Positions 9,994 through 19,504 of a DNA stretch of 64,000 nucleotides are shown piece after piece. The position numbers and the translations under genes were made by a program. The stretch spans positions 1,216,001 through 1,280,000 of the forward strand of contig CAWJSJ010000002.1 of the NCBI GenBank assembly GCA_963845565.1, read 5' to 3'. How positions within the stretch are numbered: the first letter of the stretch is position 1; every line of letters starts with the position of its first letter. Source of the DNA: an uncultured Methylomirabilota bacterium. GTDB lineage: Bacteria; Methylomirabilota; Methylomirabilia; Methylomirabilales; 2-02-FULL-66-22. Below the pieces are notes generated by a model. It made no database searches, was not told the origin of the DNA, and saw only the letters and a program-made list of their open reading frames with translations.

Positions 9994-10880
9994 GCCTCGG
10001 ACTCGAGGGGGCCGAGCGAGACGGCGCGGGCCGGGGGCGAAACCCGGCCTGGAAGACCTGGCGTCGCCTGCGGCGTCACCGGCTGTTCATGACAGGGTTG
10101 ATCCTCTTCGGTCTCGTGGTCGTAATCGCGCTGGCCGCGGGTCTGCTGGCTCCCCATTCCCCGAATCAGAACAATTTCCGCTATCGTCTGGGTGCGCCGA
10201 CGGGAACCTATCTGCTCGGCACCGACGGTTTCGGCCGGGACGTCCTCAGCCGGGTCCTGCATGGGGCCCGGGTGTCGCTGCGGATCGGCCTGATGGTGGT
10301 GGTTCTGAACGGCATTCTCGGCACGCTCATCGGCTCGACCGCCGGGTATTTCCGGCGGCTGGACAACGTGATCATGCGACTCATGGACGGCCTGATGGCG
10401 TTTCCCGCCATCCTGCTGGCGATTGCGCTGGTCGCCACGCTCGGCGCCTCGGAGATCAACGTGGTGCTGGCACTCACCGTCGCCTACGCGCCGCGAACGG
10501 CACGGATTGTGCGCGCGTCGGTGCTCGTCATCCGCGAGATGGAGTATGTCCAGGCCGCCATCGCGACCGGGGCCGGATATCTCCGGATCCTCTTTCGCCA
10601 TATCCTGACGAACAGCATGGCGCCGCTGATCGTCCAGCTCACGTTCATTTTCGCGGTGTCGGTCCTGGCGGAGGCGGTCTTGAGCTTCATCGGCGTCGGA
10701 CCGCCGCCGCCGACCCCCACCTGGGGCAACATCATTGCGGATGGCCGGAACTATATCCGGGAAGCCCCCTGGATTTCTTTGCTCCCGGGAATCGCCATCG
10801 CGGTGACCGTCCTGGGCCTGAACCTGCTGGGGGACGGGCTGCGCGATGTGCTCGATCCGCGGATGCGGGTCGAGCGATAG
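9990..10880 (+). CDS. ABC transporter permease, DppC/OppC-like
   Basis: 'LLGTDGFGRDVLSRVLHGARVSL', 'NLLGDGLRDVLDP'; GTGA overlap with the upstream stop. Confidence 0.92.
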   Translation: MSLGLEGAERDGAGRGRNPAWKTWRRLRRHRLFMTGLILFGLVVVIALAAGLLAPHSPNQNNFRYRLGAPTGTYLLGTDGFGRDVLSRVLHGARVSLRIGLMVVVLNGILGTLIGSTAGYFRRLDNVIMRLMDGLMAFPAILLAIALVATLGASEINVVLALTVAYAPRTARIVRASVLVIREMEYVQAAIATGAGYLRILFRHILTNSMAPLIVQLTFIFAVSVLAEAVLSFIGVGPPPPTPTWGNIIADGRNYIREAPWISLLPGIAIAVTVLGLNLLGDGLRDVLDPRMRVER

Positions 10881-11003
10881 TCGGCTGCTGAAAAACGCCC
10901 ATCTTCGGCGTTGGCTTGCTCGGGCATTCGCTGCGGCGTACCAATAGTACGCCACTCGGCGCTTCACGCTCCGCCTTGCATCTGGGCCTTTTTGAGCAGC
11001 CTG
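10881..11003 (+). mobile_element. 125-bp MITE-like element, copy 2
   Basis: GGCTGCTGAAAAA...CCTTTTTGAGCAGCCTG with the same internal layout as copy 1. Confidence 0.85.
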
Positions 11004-11040
11004 TTGGGGATTTCATTCTGCGATCTTGACGAGGTGACAC

Positions 11041-12003
11041 ATGACTGAATCGACCAATCGTTCTATCGTGCTCGTGGCGATGGGCGGACACGCGTTCATG
11101 CAGCGGGGTGAGGTCGGGGATGTCCGCGACCATGAGCGGAACGCCGTGGCGATCTGCGGCTCGCTCATGACGCTGGTCGAGCGGAATTACAACCTCGTGA
11201 TCACGCACGGGAACGGCCCCCAGGTCGGAAACCTGCTTCTCCAGAACGAGTTGACACGGGACAGCGTCCCCTCCATGCCGCTGGACGTCCTGGTCGCCAA
11301 CACCGAGGGGTTCCTGGGCTACGTCCTCCAGCAGGCTCTCCTCAACCACCTGCGCCGGCGCGAGATGAAGCGGTACGTCGTGACGATGATCACCCAAGTG
11401 TTGGTGGAGCGGGACGACCCCGCTTTTCAGAATCCGTCCAAACCCATCGGCCCCTTTCTGACGAAGGAGGAAGCCGAGGAGCGCCGGGATCGGCTGGGCT
11501 GGAAGATCTTGGAGGATGCCGGGAGGGGCTGGCGGCGCCTGGTAGCCTCGCCCCGGCCCGTGCGGGTCGTTCAACGGCTCATGATCCAAGACTCGGCGCG
11601 CGCCGGCCACATCGTGGTGGCCTGCGGCGGGGGCGGGATCCCGATCATCCGGGATGAGAATCGCGACTACGAGGGGGTCGAGGCGGTCATCGACAAGGAC
11701 CTGACGTCTTCGGTCCTGGCGGCAGAGATCGGGGCGGAACTCCTCATCATCCTCACCGATGTCCCGCAGGTGTACATCCACTACGGCAAACCGGAACAGA
11801 AAGCGCTGGGGGCGGTGACCCTGGAAGAGATCGAGGCCTTGCAGCGGGAGGGCCACTTCGCCAAGGGGAGCATGGGACCCAAGGTGGAGGCGATCGTGAA
11901 TTTCCTCAAGGCGGGCGGCAAGCGCGGCCTGATCACCAGCCCCGCGCGGCTCGCCGACGCCATGGACGGCCGCGCCGGTACCCATTTCATCGGGAAAATC
12001 TGA
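11041..12003 (+). CDS. arcC: Carbamate kinase
   Basis: 'ITHGNGPQVG', 'PSKPIGPF', 'GVEAVIDKDL', 'GSMGPKVEA'. Confidence 0.93.
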   Translation: MTESTNRSIVLVAMGGHAFMQRGEVGDVRDHERNAVAICGSLMTLVERNYNLVITHGNGPQVGNLLLQNELTRDSVPSMPLDVLVANTEGFLGYVLQQALLNHLRRREMKRYVVTMITQVLVERDDPAFQNPSKPIGPFLTKEEAEERRDRLGWKILEDAGRGWRRLVASPRPVRVVQRLMIQDSARAGHIVVACGGGGIPIIRDENRDYEGVEAVIDKDLTSSVLAAEIGAELLIILTDVPQVYIHYGKPEQKALGAVTLEEIEALQREGHFAKGSMGPKVEAIVNFLKAGGKRGLITSPARLADAMDGRAGTHFIGKI

Positions 12004-12143
12004 CGCCGAAATTCCATCGGTGACGGGCAGACGGTCACGGGGAAGGAAAGCAACGGTCGGCAGACGCGGGCGGGCCAGCGCGTGCGCAGGATCGGCAGGG
12101 CTGAGCGCTAGGGTCGGTAGGCGGCGGGTCGATTTCCACGTAT

Positions 12144-12186
12144 CGACCAAGGGGCGGCTCCAGCGGAGCCGCCCCTTGGTCGTTTG
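12144..12186 (+). terminator. Probable intrinsic terminator
   Basis: Perfect 18-bp stem CGACCAAGGGGCGGCTCC-AGC-GGAGCCGCCCCTTGGTCG followed by TTT. Confidence 0.7.
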
Positions 12187-12435
12187 GTCGCGGTTCGGCC
12201 GGGTAAACCGGATCGGGCGGTCTCCTCGCGCGGGCCGTTCCAGATGTGCGCGCCACGCGGATCCTTCAGCGGCGTGCCTGGCGGACGCATGCGGGGACCC
12301 CGCGCTGGGGGCGAACGGCGAACGCCTGACGGCTCTGATTGTTCCAGCCGGCCCATAGGAAGTACCACTGACTGAACCACTGGCCGAAACCCCGTTGACA
12401 GGGACGGCCCGTTCATGGTCCCATTACACACTAGG

Positions 12436-12453
12436 ATTGTATACAGGATACAG
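12436..12453. promoter_or_regulatory. Putative GntR operator (TGTATACA palindrome plus ATACAG direct repeat)
   Basis: Directly upstream of the second GntR gene; TTGACA at 12395-12400. Confidence 0.5.
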
Positions 12454-12493
12454 AAACGGGATGGGCGGTGACCGCCCGACAAGGTTAGTGCGA

Positions 12494-13258
12494 ATGCAAT
12501 TCTCCGCATTCAGCCGGGGAAAGTCGGTTCGCCAGTTGGCGTACGAGACCCTCTACCGGGCGATCTGCACGGGGGAACTCACGGCGGGCACGCGGTTGGT
12601 GGAAGAGGAGCTCGCCGAGCAGATGCACATCAGCCGGACTCCCATCCGCGAGGCGCTCCGACGGTTGGAATCGGAGGGACTGATCGCCCACGCGCACGGA
12701 AAGGGGGCCAGCGTCGTCGGTTTCAATCGCGATGACGTGATTGAGCTGTATTCGATCCGCGAAGCGTTGGAGGCATTGGCGATTCATCACACCATCCGGC
12801 ACGTCACCAGAGAAGAGATCACCCAACTCAATGCCATCGTCGATAAGATGCGCTCGAATCTTCACAGCAAGGATGTGAGTGCACATTTCGAGTGCAATCA
12901 GAAATTCAACGACCTGTTGATCGAGACCTGCAAGATGCCGAGACTGATTCGGCTCATCAACACCTATCGTGAGCATCTCCACCATTTCCGCTACGCGGCC
13001 ATGGGCAAGCACGAAGCCAGAATGCTGGAGGCGTTTCGAGAGCACGAGCAGATTCTGCGCGCCATCATCGCGAAAGACGCTGAGAAGGCCGATTCCCTGG
13101 TGAGACAGCACCTGCAAGCGGCGAAGCGCGCGTACACCTCGGGAAACTGCCCAGCGGAAAGCGCGGGTGTGCGATATCGCACGCCGCAGAAGGCCCCTGA
13201 CGTGCCCGCTCCCCAAGGCCTTCGCGGGGGCGGTGAGACCGTTTCTCGGAAAGTGTAA
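12494..13258 (+). CDS. GntR-family (FCD) regulator heading the tct-cit operon
   Basis: 'GTRLVEEELAEQMHISRTPIREALRRLESEG' and FCD 'EHEQILRAI'; start uncertain (12461 or 12494). Confidence 0.88.
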   Translation: MQFSAFSRGKSVRQLAYETLYRAICTGELTAGTRLVEEELAEQMHISRTPIREALRRLESEGLIAHAHGKGASVVGFNRDDVIELYSIREALEALAIHHTIRHVTREEITQLNAIVDKMRSNLHSKDVSAHFECNQKFNDLLIETCKMPRLIRLINTYREHLHHFRYAAMGKHEARMLEAFREHEQILRAIIAKDAEKADSLVRQHLQAAKRAYTSGNCPAESAGVRYRTPQKAPDVPAPQGLRGGGETVSRKV

Positions 13259-13400
13259 TCTGGGCCCGGTACGACGCTGGCCGTTCGGGATGGTGGAAGC
13301 CAGATTCCCGCCGTGCAGGTCCAAGGGCGGCTCGAGAACAGGGCGGTCTCAGCATGCCACACCCTGATTGTCCCGACTACCTCAACAAGGAGGAACACGC

Positions 13401-14381
13401 ATGAAGACGAATGGGTGGTTGCTGCTCGCGGTTGTTGCGGGGGTGTTGGCTTTACAGGGGCCCGTGGACGCGGCCTGGGAGCCCAAGGGGCAGATGGAAT
13501 GCATCGCCCCCTCGAACCCCGGCGGAGGCTGGGATGCTATCTGCCGCACGACGGCCGCCGTCCTCCAGAAAACCGGTATCACCAAGGAAACCATGTACGT
13601 TACCAACATGCCGGGAGGCAGTGGCGCGGTGGCCATCGCCAACGTCATCACCAAGCGGAAGGGGGATACCAACCTGCTGGTGGCCGCCTCCAACGCCCTC
13701 ACGCTCACCATCGCCATGAAGCGGACCGCTCACACTTTCAACGATGTCATTCCGCTGGCACAGGTCGGTGCCGAGATCGGCGGGTTCTTCGTCAAGGCCG
13801 ACTCCAAGTACAAGACCCTCGCCGATCTCGTGACCGCCCTCAAGAAGGACCCGAAAGCCGCGACCTTCGCGGGCGGCTCGGCCCCGGGAAGCCTGGACCA
13901 TATCAAGGCCGCCGTGTTTGCCAAGGCGATCGGCGTGGACGCGACGAAGGTGGCGTACGTGCCGTTCCAGGGTGGTGGGGAGGCGATGACCTCTCTCCTG
14001 GGGGGGCACACGGACGTCGCCGCCATCGACCTCTCGGAAGCTGCGGGCCAACTTGAGGCCGGAAAGGTCCGGTGCCTGGGCCTCTTGTCCGAGAAGCGTT
14101 CCACCAAGTTTAAGGACATCCCCACCACCTTCGAGCAGAACGTCAAGGTTGCCTTCCCCATCTGGCGCGGACTCTACATGGCGCCGGGCGTGCCGGCGGA
14201 GGCGGTGGCGTTCTGGTCCGGCGCGATCCAGAAGATGGTGGCCAGCAAGGAGTGGGACGCCAACCGTGAGCGGCTGGGTTGGGAGCCGACGTACAAGTTC
14301 GGCGACGACATCGTGAAGTTCGTGAAGGACGAGACGGCCACCATGCAATCACTGCTGAAGGAGCTCGGCTTCCTAAAGTAG
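13401..14381 (+). CDS. tctC: Tripartite tricarboxylate transporter substrate-binding protein (likely citrate)
   Basis: 'PGGGWD', 'NMPGGSGAVA', 'GGSAPGSLDH', 'PFQGGGEA'; AGGAGG RBS; lies upstream of citrate lyase. Confidence 0.92.
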   Translation: MKTNGWLLLAVVAGVLALQGPVDAAWEPKGQMECIAPSNPGGGWDAICRTTAAVLQKTGITKETMYVTNMPGGSGAVAIANVITKRKGDTNLLVAASNALTLTIAMKRTAHTFNDVIPLAQVGAEIGGFFVKADSKYKTLADLVTALKKDPKAATFAGGSAPGSLDHIKAAVFAKAIGVDATKVAYVPFQGGGEAMTSLLGGHTDVAAIDLSEAAGQLEAGKVRCLGLLSEKRSTKFKDIPTTFEQNVKVAFPIWRGLYMAPGVPAEAVAFWSGAIQKMVASKEWDANRERLGWEPTYKFGDDIVKFVKDETATMQSLLKELGFLK

Positions 14382-14485
14382 GTCGAGCTGGCGGCCCCCC
14401 GGCACTATGCCTTTCTGGGGGTCAAACGTATCCTATGTCCGTCTCCGCGTCGTCGCGAGCGTCGCGGCGGCGCGGAGACGGCAAC

Positions 14486-15034
14486 GTGAGGGTGACTCTC
14501 GTGAGCGCTTCCGTGAAGGGCAGGAGACGCAACCGCCTCGAAGGGCTGGCCATCCTCTTAGTGGCCGGTGGTTATCTGTGGGAAGCCCACAACGTCCCCG
14601 ATCTTTTTCAAATGCCCGGCGTGCCAGGACCGACGACATTTCCGTACCTTTTGGGGATTGTCTTCGCATTCGCCGGCCTGTGGCTGCTCGTCTCGCCTGC
14701 CGACCTTTTGGCCCACCGGCGGCAGCCGGCGGCAGAAGGCCGTGCGGAGGAACGCCCAACCCCCGCAAAGGGTCTCTGGACGCGGCTCACCACCGACTGG
14801 CACTTTTACACCATGTGGATCGTGGTCGTGGGCTACCTTGCTTTCATGCCGTTCGTCGGCTTCCCGGTGGCGACATTCGTCCTGCTGGCCGTGTTCACGT
14901 TCCTCCTGGGGGAAGCGCGCTGGTGGGTCATCGTGGGTCTCGCCCTCGTGGTGACGACGGTAATTCACCTCGGGTTCGCCAAGGGACTGAACGTCCGGCT
15001 GCCGCTCGGCGTGCTGGAATCGCTGTTGAAGTGA
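14486..15034 (+). CDS. tctB: TctB small membrane subunit
   Basis: 'PGPTTFP', 4-5 TM segments, 'LNVRLPLG'; GTG start after GGAG (start uncertain). Confidence 0.85.
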   Translation: MRVTLVSASVKGRRRNRLEGLAILLVAGGYLWEAHNVPDLFQMPGVPGPTTFPYLLGIVFAFAGLWLLVSPADLLAHRRQPAAEGRAEERPTPAKGLWTRLTTDWHFYTMWIVVVGYLAFMPFVGFPVATFVLLAVFTFLLGEARWWVIVGLALVVTTVIHLGFAKGLNVRLPLGVLESLLK

Positions 15035-15111
15035 CCGAGCCGACCCTGACGCACGCTCGACCGCTCTCGGTGCGACGCCTCAACCGCGACTAAGGTGAAG
15101 GAGTAGCCCCC

Positions 15112-16623
15112 ATGTTCGAGTATCTCCTGAGCGGGTTTGCGGTGGCCCTCCAGCCCATGAACCTGTTGATCGCCTTGGTGGGATGTTTGGTGGGGACGCT
15201 GATCGGCGTTCTTCCAGGTCTGGGACCGACGGCCACCCTCGCCATGCTGATTCCCTTGGTTTTTAGTATGCCCCCGGCGACCGCCCTGATCCTGCTCACA
15301 TCGGTGTACTACGGGTCCATGTACGGAGGTTCCACCACTTCGATCCTGGTGAACATCCCGGGGGAGTCCGCCTCGGTCATCACCTGCCTGGACGGCAACA
15401 AGATGGCGCTGCAGGGCCGGGCGGGACCGGCCCTGGCCATCGCCGCCATCGGGTCGTTCATCGCCGGGACTTTTGCCGTTCTTGTGCTTACTCTGGTGGG
15501 CGCCCCGGTGGCCGGCTACGCCCTTCACTTCGGCCCCGCGGAATTCTTTGCCCTGATGGTCTTCGGGTTGTCCACGGTAGCGAGCCTGACCGGCACCAAT
15601 GTCGTCAAGTCCGTGATCACGACCTGCTTCGGCCTGATGATTGCCACGGTCGGCATCGACCTCGTTTCCGGCGCCCCCCGGTATACCTTCGGCAATCCCT
15701 TCCTCCAGGACGGCATCGACTTCGTGGTGGTGGCCATCGGGATGTTCGCGTTCACCGAGGTCATCGTCACGGCCATCGAAGTACGCGAGGGGACCCGGGC
15801 GGAGATCATCAAGGCGGAGCGCATCTGGCTCAGCTGGGAGGAGTTCAAGTACAGCGTGCCGTCTATCTCGCGGGGAACCGTGTTCGGCTTTCTGGTGGGG
15901 ATGCTCCCTGGAGCCGGTGCCACGCTGTCCACGTTCATTGCCTATAACCTGGAAAAGCGGATCTGCAAGCATCCCGAACGACTTGGTACAGGAGACATCC
16001 GAGGGGTGGCCTGCCCCGAGGCGGCCAACAACGCGGCCAGCGGGGCCTCCCTGGTTCCCCTGCTCACCCTGGGACTGCCGGGCGGCGGTGCCACCGCAGT
16101 CATGCTGGGCGCCCTGATGATGCTGGACATCACTCCAGGCCCGCTGCTCTTCCAGAAGCACGGGGCCATGGTCTGGGCGTTGATCGCCAGTATGTATGTG
16201 GGCAACGCCCTGCTCCTCATCCTCAACTGGCCTCTGGTGAACGTCTTCGCCCGCGTGATGTCAGTGCCGGCCAAGTACCTGATGCCCATCGTTTTGGTGA
16301 TCTCCACCATCGGGGTCTGGTCGCTGTCCTACAGCTCGGTGGACCTGCTTCTCGCCGCGGGCGCTGGCATGCTCGGCTATTACCTCCGCCGGAACAAGTA
16401 TCCCATCGAGCCACTCATTCTGGGTCTCATCCTCGGGGGGCGGATGGAGCAGGCCTACCGGCAGGCGCTCATCATCTCCAAGGGAAGCAATTTCATCTTC
16501 TTCACGAAACCGATCTCGCTCACCTTGCTTGTGGGCGCAGTGCTATTCCTGTTCCTGCCGACGCTCCTGGCCAAGGCGAAGCAGTTCCAGTCGGCCCGGG
16601 CAGCGAGCGAGGGGGCGGCGTAA
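15112..16623 (+). CDS. tctA: TctA large permease
   Basis: 'GVLPGLG', '[14 protein letters not shown]', 'PEAANNA', 'LLTLGLPG'. Confidence 0.93.
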   Translation: MFEYLLSGFAVALQPMNLLIALVGCLVGTLIGVLPGLGPTATLAMLIPLVFSMPPATALILLTSVYYGSMYGGSTTSILVNIPGESASVITCLDGNKMALQGRAGPALAIAAIGSFIAGTFAVLVLTLVGAPVAGYALHFGPAEFFALMVFGLSTVASLTGTNVVKSVITTCFGLMIATVGIDLVSGAPRYTFGNPFLQDGIDFVVVAIGMFAFTEVIVTAIEVREGTRAEIIKAERIWLSWEEFKYSVPSISRGTVFGFLVGMLPGAGATLSTFIAYNLEKRICKHPERLGTGDIRGVACPEAANNAASGASLVPLLTLGLPGGGATAVMLGALMMLDITPGPLLFQKHGAMVWALIASMYVGNALLLILNWPLVNVFARVMSVPAKYLMPIVLVISTIGVWSLSYSSVDLLLAAGAGMLGYYLRRNKYPIEPLILGLILGGRMEQAYRQALIISKGSNFIFFTKPISLTLLVGAVLFLFLPTLLAKAKQFQSARAASEGAA

Positions 16624-16673
16624 CTGGTTGTGGGCGTCGGCGCGTGCGCCGAGACGGGTGACGCGAGGGTTCG

Positions 16674-17681
16674 ATGACGGGAGCGGTTCCCCTGCTGTCA
16701 GAGCGCGATCGCCTCGAGGCGCGCAAGCTCATCGAATCGGAGGGGCTGCGATTCGAGACCGACGCCGACGACATCGTGGGGCTCTACGACGGAGAGCGCT
16801 TGGTCGCCACCGGCTCACGGGCAGGGTACGTGCTCAAGATGCTGGCGATCGCCCCCAGCCAGCAGGGGGGGGACGCGCTGGGAGAACTCGTCACGCTGCT
16901 CATGCAGCGGGGCATGGATGCAGGGCATGAGACGTTTTTCGTCTACACCCGCCCCGAGCACGCTCCATCCTTCGAACGACTCAATTTCCGACTCCTCGTC
17001 ACGCACGGCACGGCAGCTCTCTTGGAGATCGGCCTCGGGATCAGGGAATACCTCGACACGCACCGAACGCTGGTGCGTCCCGGACGAAACGGCGCCATCG
17101 TCGTCAACGGTAATCCCTTCACGCTGGGACACCTGCACCTCGCAGAGACGGCCGCCCGGCGGGTGGATCACCTGTATCTCTTCGTGGTGCACGAAGATCG
17201 GTCCGTGTTCCCGTTCGCCGCGCGCCTTCGTCTGGCGCGGGAGGCGACGGCGCACCTCCCGAACGTATTGGTGCTCGAGACGTCGCGGTATGCGGTCAGC
17301 GCCGGCACGTTCCCGTCGTACTTCCTCAAGCGGCTCGACGACGCGGCCTTGCTCCAAATGCAGTTCGATGTGCGGCTTTTCGGCTCCGTGCTTGCGCCGC
17401 CGTTCTCGGTGCGGGCGCGTTTCGTGGGGGACGAGCCGTACTGCGCGACGACGGCCGCGTACAACCGCACGATGGCGGAAGTGCTGAGCGAGTACGAAAT
17501 CACGTGGACGCAGATTCCGCGGCTGGCACACGGCGGCGCGGCCATCAGCGCCAGCCGCGTGCGGGAGTGCCTGGGCCGCCGCGACCTCGATCGCGTGGCG
17601 TCATGGGTGCCTCCGGCAACCATGACATTCCTCCGCTCCCGAGAGGGTGAGGCCATCGCGCAGCGCCTGGCGGACTCCTAG
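16674..17681 (+). CDS. citC: [Citrate (pro-3S)-lyase] ligase
   Basis: N-terminal GNAT-like part plus 'VNGNPFTLGH', 'SAGTFPSYFLK', 'RFVGDEP', 'ISASRVR'. Confidence 0.92.
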   Translation: MTGAVPLLSERDRLEARKLIESEGLRFETDADDIVGLYDGERLVATGSRAGYVLKMLAIAPSQQGGDALGELVTLLMQRGMDAGHETFFVYTRPEHAPSFERLNFRLLVTHGTAALLEIGLGIREYLDTHRTLVRPGRNGAIVVNGNPFTLGHLHLAETAARRVDHLYLFVVHEDRSVFPFAARLRLAREATAHLPNVLVLETSRYAVSAGTFPSYFLKRLDDAALLQMQFDVRLFGSVLAPPFSVRARFVGDEPYCATTAAYNRTMAEVLSEYEITWTQIPRLAHGGAAISASRVRECLGRRDLDRVASWVPPATMTFLRSREGEAIAQRLADS

Positions 17682-17700
17682 GAGGAGAGTCGCTCTTACC

Positions 17701-17826
17701 CAGGTTGCTCAAAAAGGCCCAGATGCAAGGCGGAACGTGATCCGAGGGCCGAGGCGTACTGAGTCCGTACGCCGCAGGACCGCGGGAGCGTTCCAGCGCA
17801 GCAGATGGGCGCTTTTGAGCAGCCTG
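17701..17826 (-). mobile_element. 125-bp MITE-like element, copy 3 (inverted, between citC and citD)
   Basis: CAGGTTGCTCAAAAAGGCCCAGATGCAAGGCG is the reverse complement of the right arms of copies 1 and 2; ends TTTTGAGCAGCCTG. Confidence 0.85.
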
Positions 17827-17840
17827 AAGGACGGTAGCCG

Positions 17841-18104
17841 ATGCAGATCAAACGAAAAGCCACCGCGGGGACGTCCCAGTCGAGCGATCTCATGGTCGTC
17901 GTCGAGCCGTCGGACACCCTGCGGATCGAAATCGAGTCGACCGTCAAGAAGCAGTACGAACACCTGATCCGCGCCCGGATCCAGGAGCCGCTGGCACGCC
18001 TGGGGGTCACCGCCGCGCGGATCAGGGTGAACGACCGCGGGGCGCTGGACTACGCCATCGACGCGCGCGTCGAAGCGGCCCTGCGCCGGGCGGCGGAGGA
18101 ATAG
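17841..18104 (+). CDS. citD: Citrate lyase acyl carrier protein (gamma subunit)
   Basis: 'AGTSQSSD' prosthetic-group Ser motif and 'DRGALDY'. Confidence 0.93.
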   Translation: MQIKRKATAGTSQSSDLMVVVEPSDTLRIEIESTVKKQYEHLIRARIQEPLARLGVTAARIRVNDRGALDYAIDARVEAALRRAAEE

Positions 18105-18107
18105 ACC

Positions 18108-18578
18108 GTGGACAAGCTGCGATATCGTGAGTGCCAGCAGAGCCGGCGCTTCATCATCACCGTCCCGCCCGGCGCCAAGCTGGTGGAGGAACTCCGGGGT
18201 TTTGCGCGCGCCGTGGAGTTGACGATGGCCGCCATGGTGTCCGCGGTGGGTTCGATCCGCAACCTCACATTCACGGACATTCAAATGGGGGCCCACCTTC
18301 CGATCACGGAGCCGCGCCTCCGCCACCACCAGGTCGAAGGGCCGCTGGGACTGCTCGGCATCGAAGGCAACCTGGTGGCAAGTGACGGAGGGGAGGTGGC
18401 CGCTCACCTCCACATCATTGCCGCGAAATCCTCGGGCGAGGTCATCGGAGGAGGTCTGGTCGAGGCGGAGGTTTTCGCCTCGTGCGAGATCGTGCTCACG
18501 GAGTATGTGGTCGAAGGCGTCGAGCGCCATCACTCGACCGTGAGCGGGGTTGACACGCTCACCTTCCAAGAGACGTGA
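18108..18578 (+). CDS. PPC/DUF296 domain protein (AF0104/ALDC-like fold)
   Basis: 'SAVGSIRNL', 'GIEGNL', 'AHLHI', 'VIGGGL', 'CEIVL' match the DUF296 pattern; tightly coupled to citD and citE. Confidence 0.8.
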   Translation: MDKLRYRECQQSRRFIITVPPGAKLVEELRGFARAVELTMAAMVSAVGSIRNLTFTDIQMGAHLPITEPRLRHHQVEGPLGLLGIEGNLVASDGGEVAAHLHIIAAKSSGEVIGGGLVEAEVFASCEIVLTEYVVEGVERHHSTVSGVDTLTFQET

Positions 18579-19504
18579 CTATGCAGACAGAGATGCGGCT
18601 TCGGCGGTCGCTGTTGTACGTGCCCGGGAACATGCCGGGCATGCTGCAGAACATCCCGGTGTTCGACGCGGACGTCGTGGTGATCGATCTGGAAGACGCC
18701 GTGCCGCTCTCCGAGAAGGACGCCGGGAGGATTCTCGCGCGCAACTTCCTGCGGCTGTCGCGGGACCGGCGCAATGAGCTGTACGTGCGGATTAACCCGC
18801 TGGACACCCCCTACGCGATGGCGGACCTGGCGGAGATCCTGCCGGCCCTCCCCGACGGGATACGCCTGCCGAAGGCCGACCACCCGGACGTGGTCGAACG
18901 CCTCGACACCATGCTGACCGAGCACGAAGAGCAGCTAGGGATCGAAGTCGGGTCCTTCAAGATCCTCCCCTCCATCGAGAGCGCCACCGGGCTCCTGCAC
19001 TGCGTGGAAACCGCCACGGCATCGAGCCGTCTGGTGGCTTTGGCGTTCGGCGCCGAGGACTACACGGCGTCCATGGAGATCGACCGGACCAAGACCGGGG
19101 AGGAGCTTTTCCATGCACGCACTCTGGTCGCGTGGGCGGCCAAGGCCGCGGGTCTGCAGGTCATCGACTCGATCTTCCCCGACGCGAACGATATGGATGG
19201 GCTCCGGGCGGAGACCGAGCTGGTCAAGCGCCTCGGCTACACGGGCAAGTCCTTGGTGAATCCTCGCCAGATCGAAGTCGTCCACGAGGTCTTTCGCCCC
19301 AAGCCCGAGGAAGTGGCGCATGCGCTCGAAGTCATGGAGGCCATCCAGCGGGCGCGGGAGATGGGCACGGGGGTCATCTCGCTGCGGGGCAGGATGGTCG
19401 ATGCCCCGGTGGTGAAAAGGGCGGCCCGCACGCTCAAGACGGCGGTGGCGTTCGGCATGATCGAGTACGAGCTGACCGACGAGGTGATCCATGGCACGAA
19501 ATAG
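18575..19504 (+). CDS. citE: Citrate lyase beta subunit (citryl-ACP lyase)
   Basis: 'RRSLLYVPGN', 'DLEDAV', 'LAFGAEDY', 'GKSLVNPRQI', 'MVDAPV'. Confidence 0.93.
   Translation: MTMQTEMRLRRSLLYVPGNMPGMLQNIPVFDADVVVIDLEDAVPLSEKDAGRILARNFLRLSRDRRNELYVRINPLDTPYAMADLAEILPALPDGIRLPKADHPDVVERLDTMLTEHEEQLGIEVGSFKILPSIESATGLLHCVETATASSRLVALAFGAEDYTASMEIDRTKTGEELFHARTLVAWAAKAAGLQVIDSIFPDANDMDGLRAETELVKRLGYTGKSLVNPRQIEVVHEVFRPKPEEVAHALEVMEAIQRAREMGTGVISLRGRMVDAPVVKRAARTLKTAVAFGMIEYELTDEVIHGTK

Noticed and set aside
9986..10891. Alternative 301-aa frame starting at ATG 9986
   Set aside because: Arg/Gly/Pro-rich nonsense; the permease motifs are in the 9990 frame.
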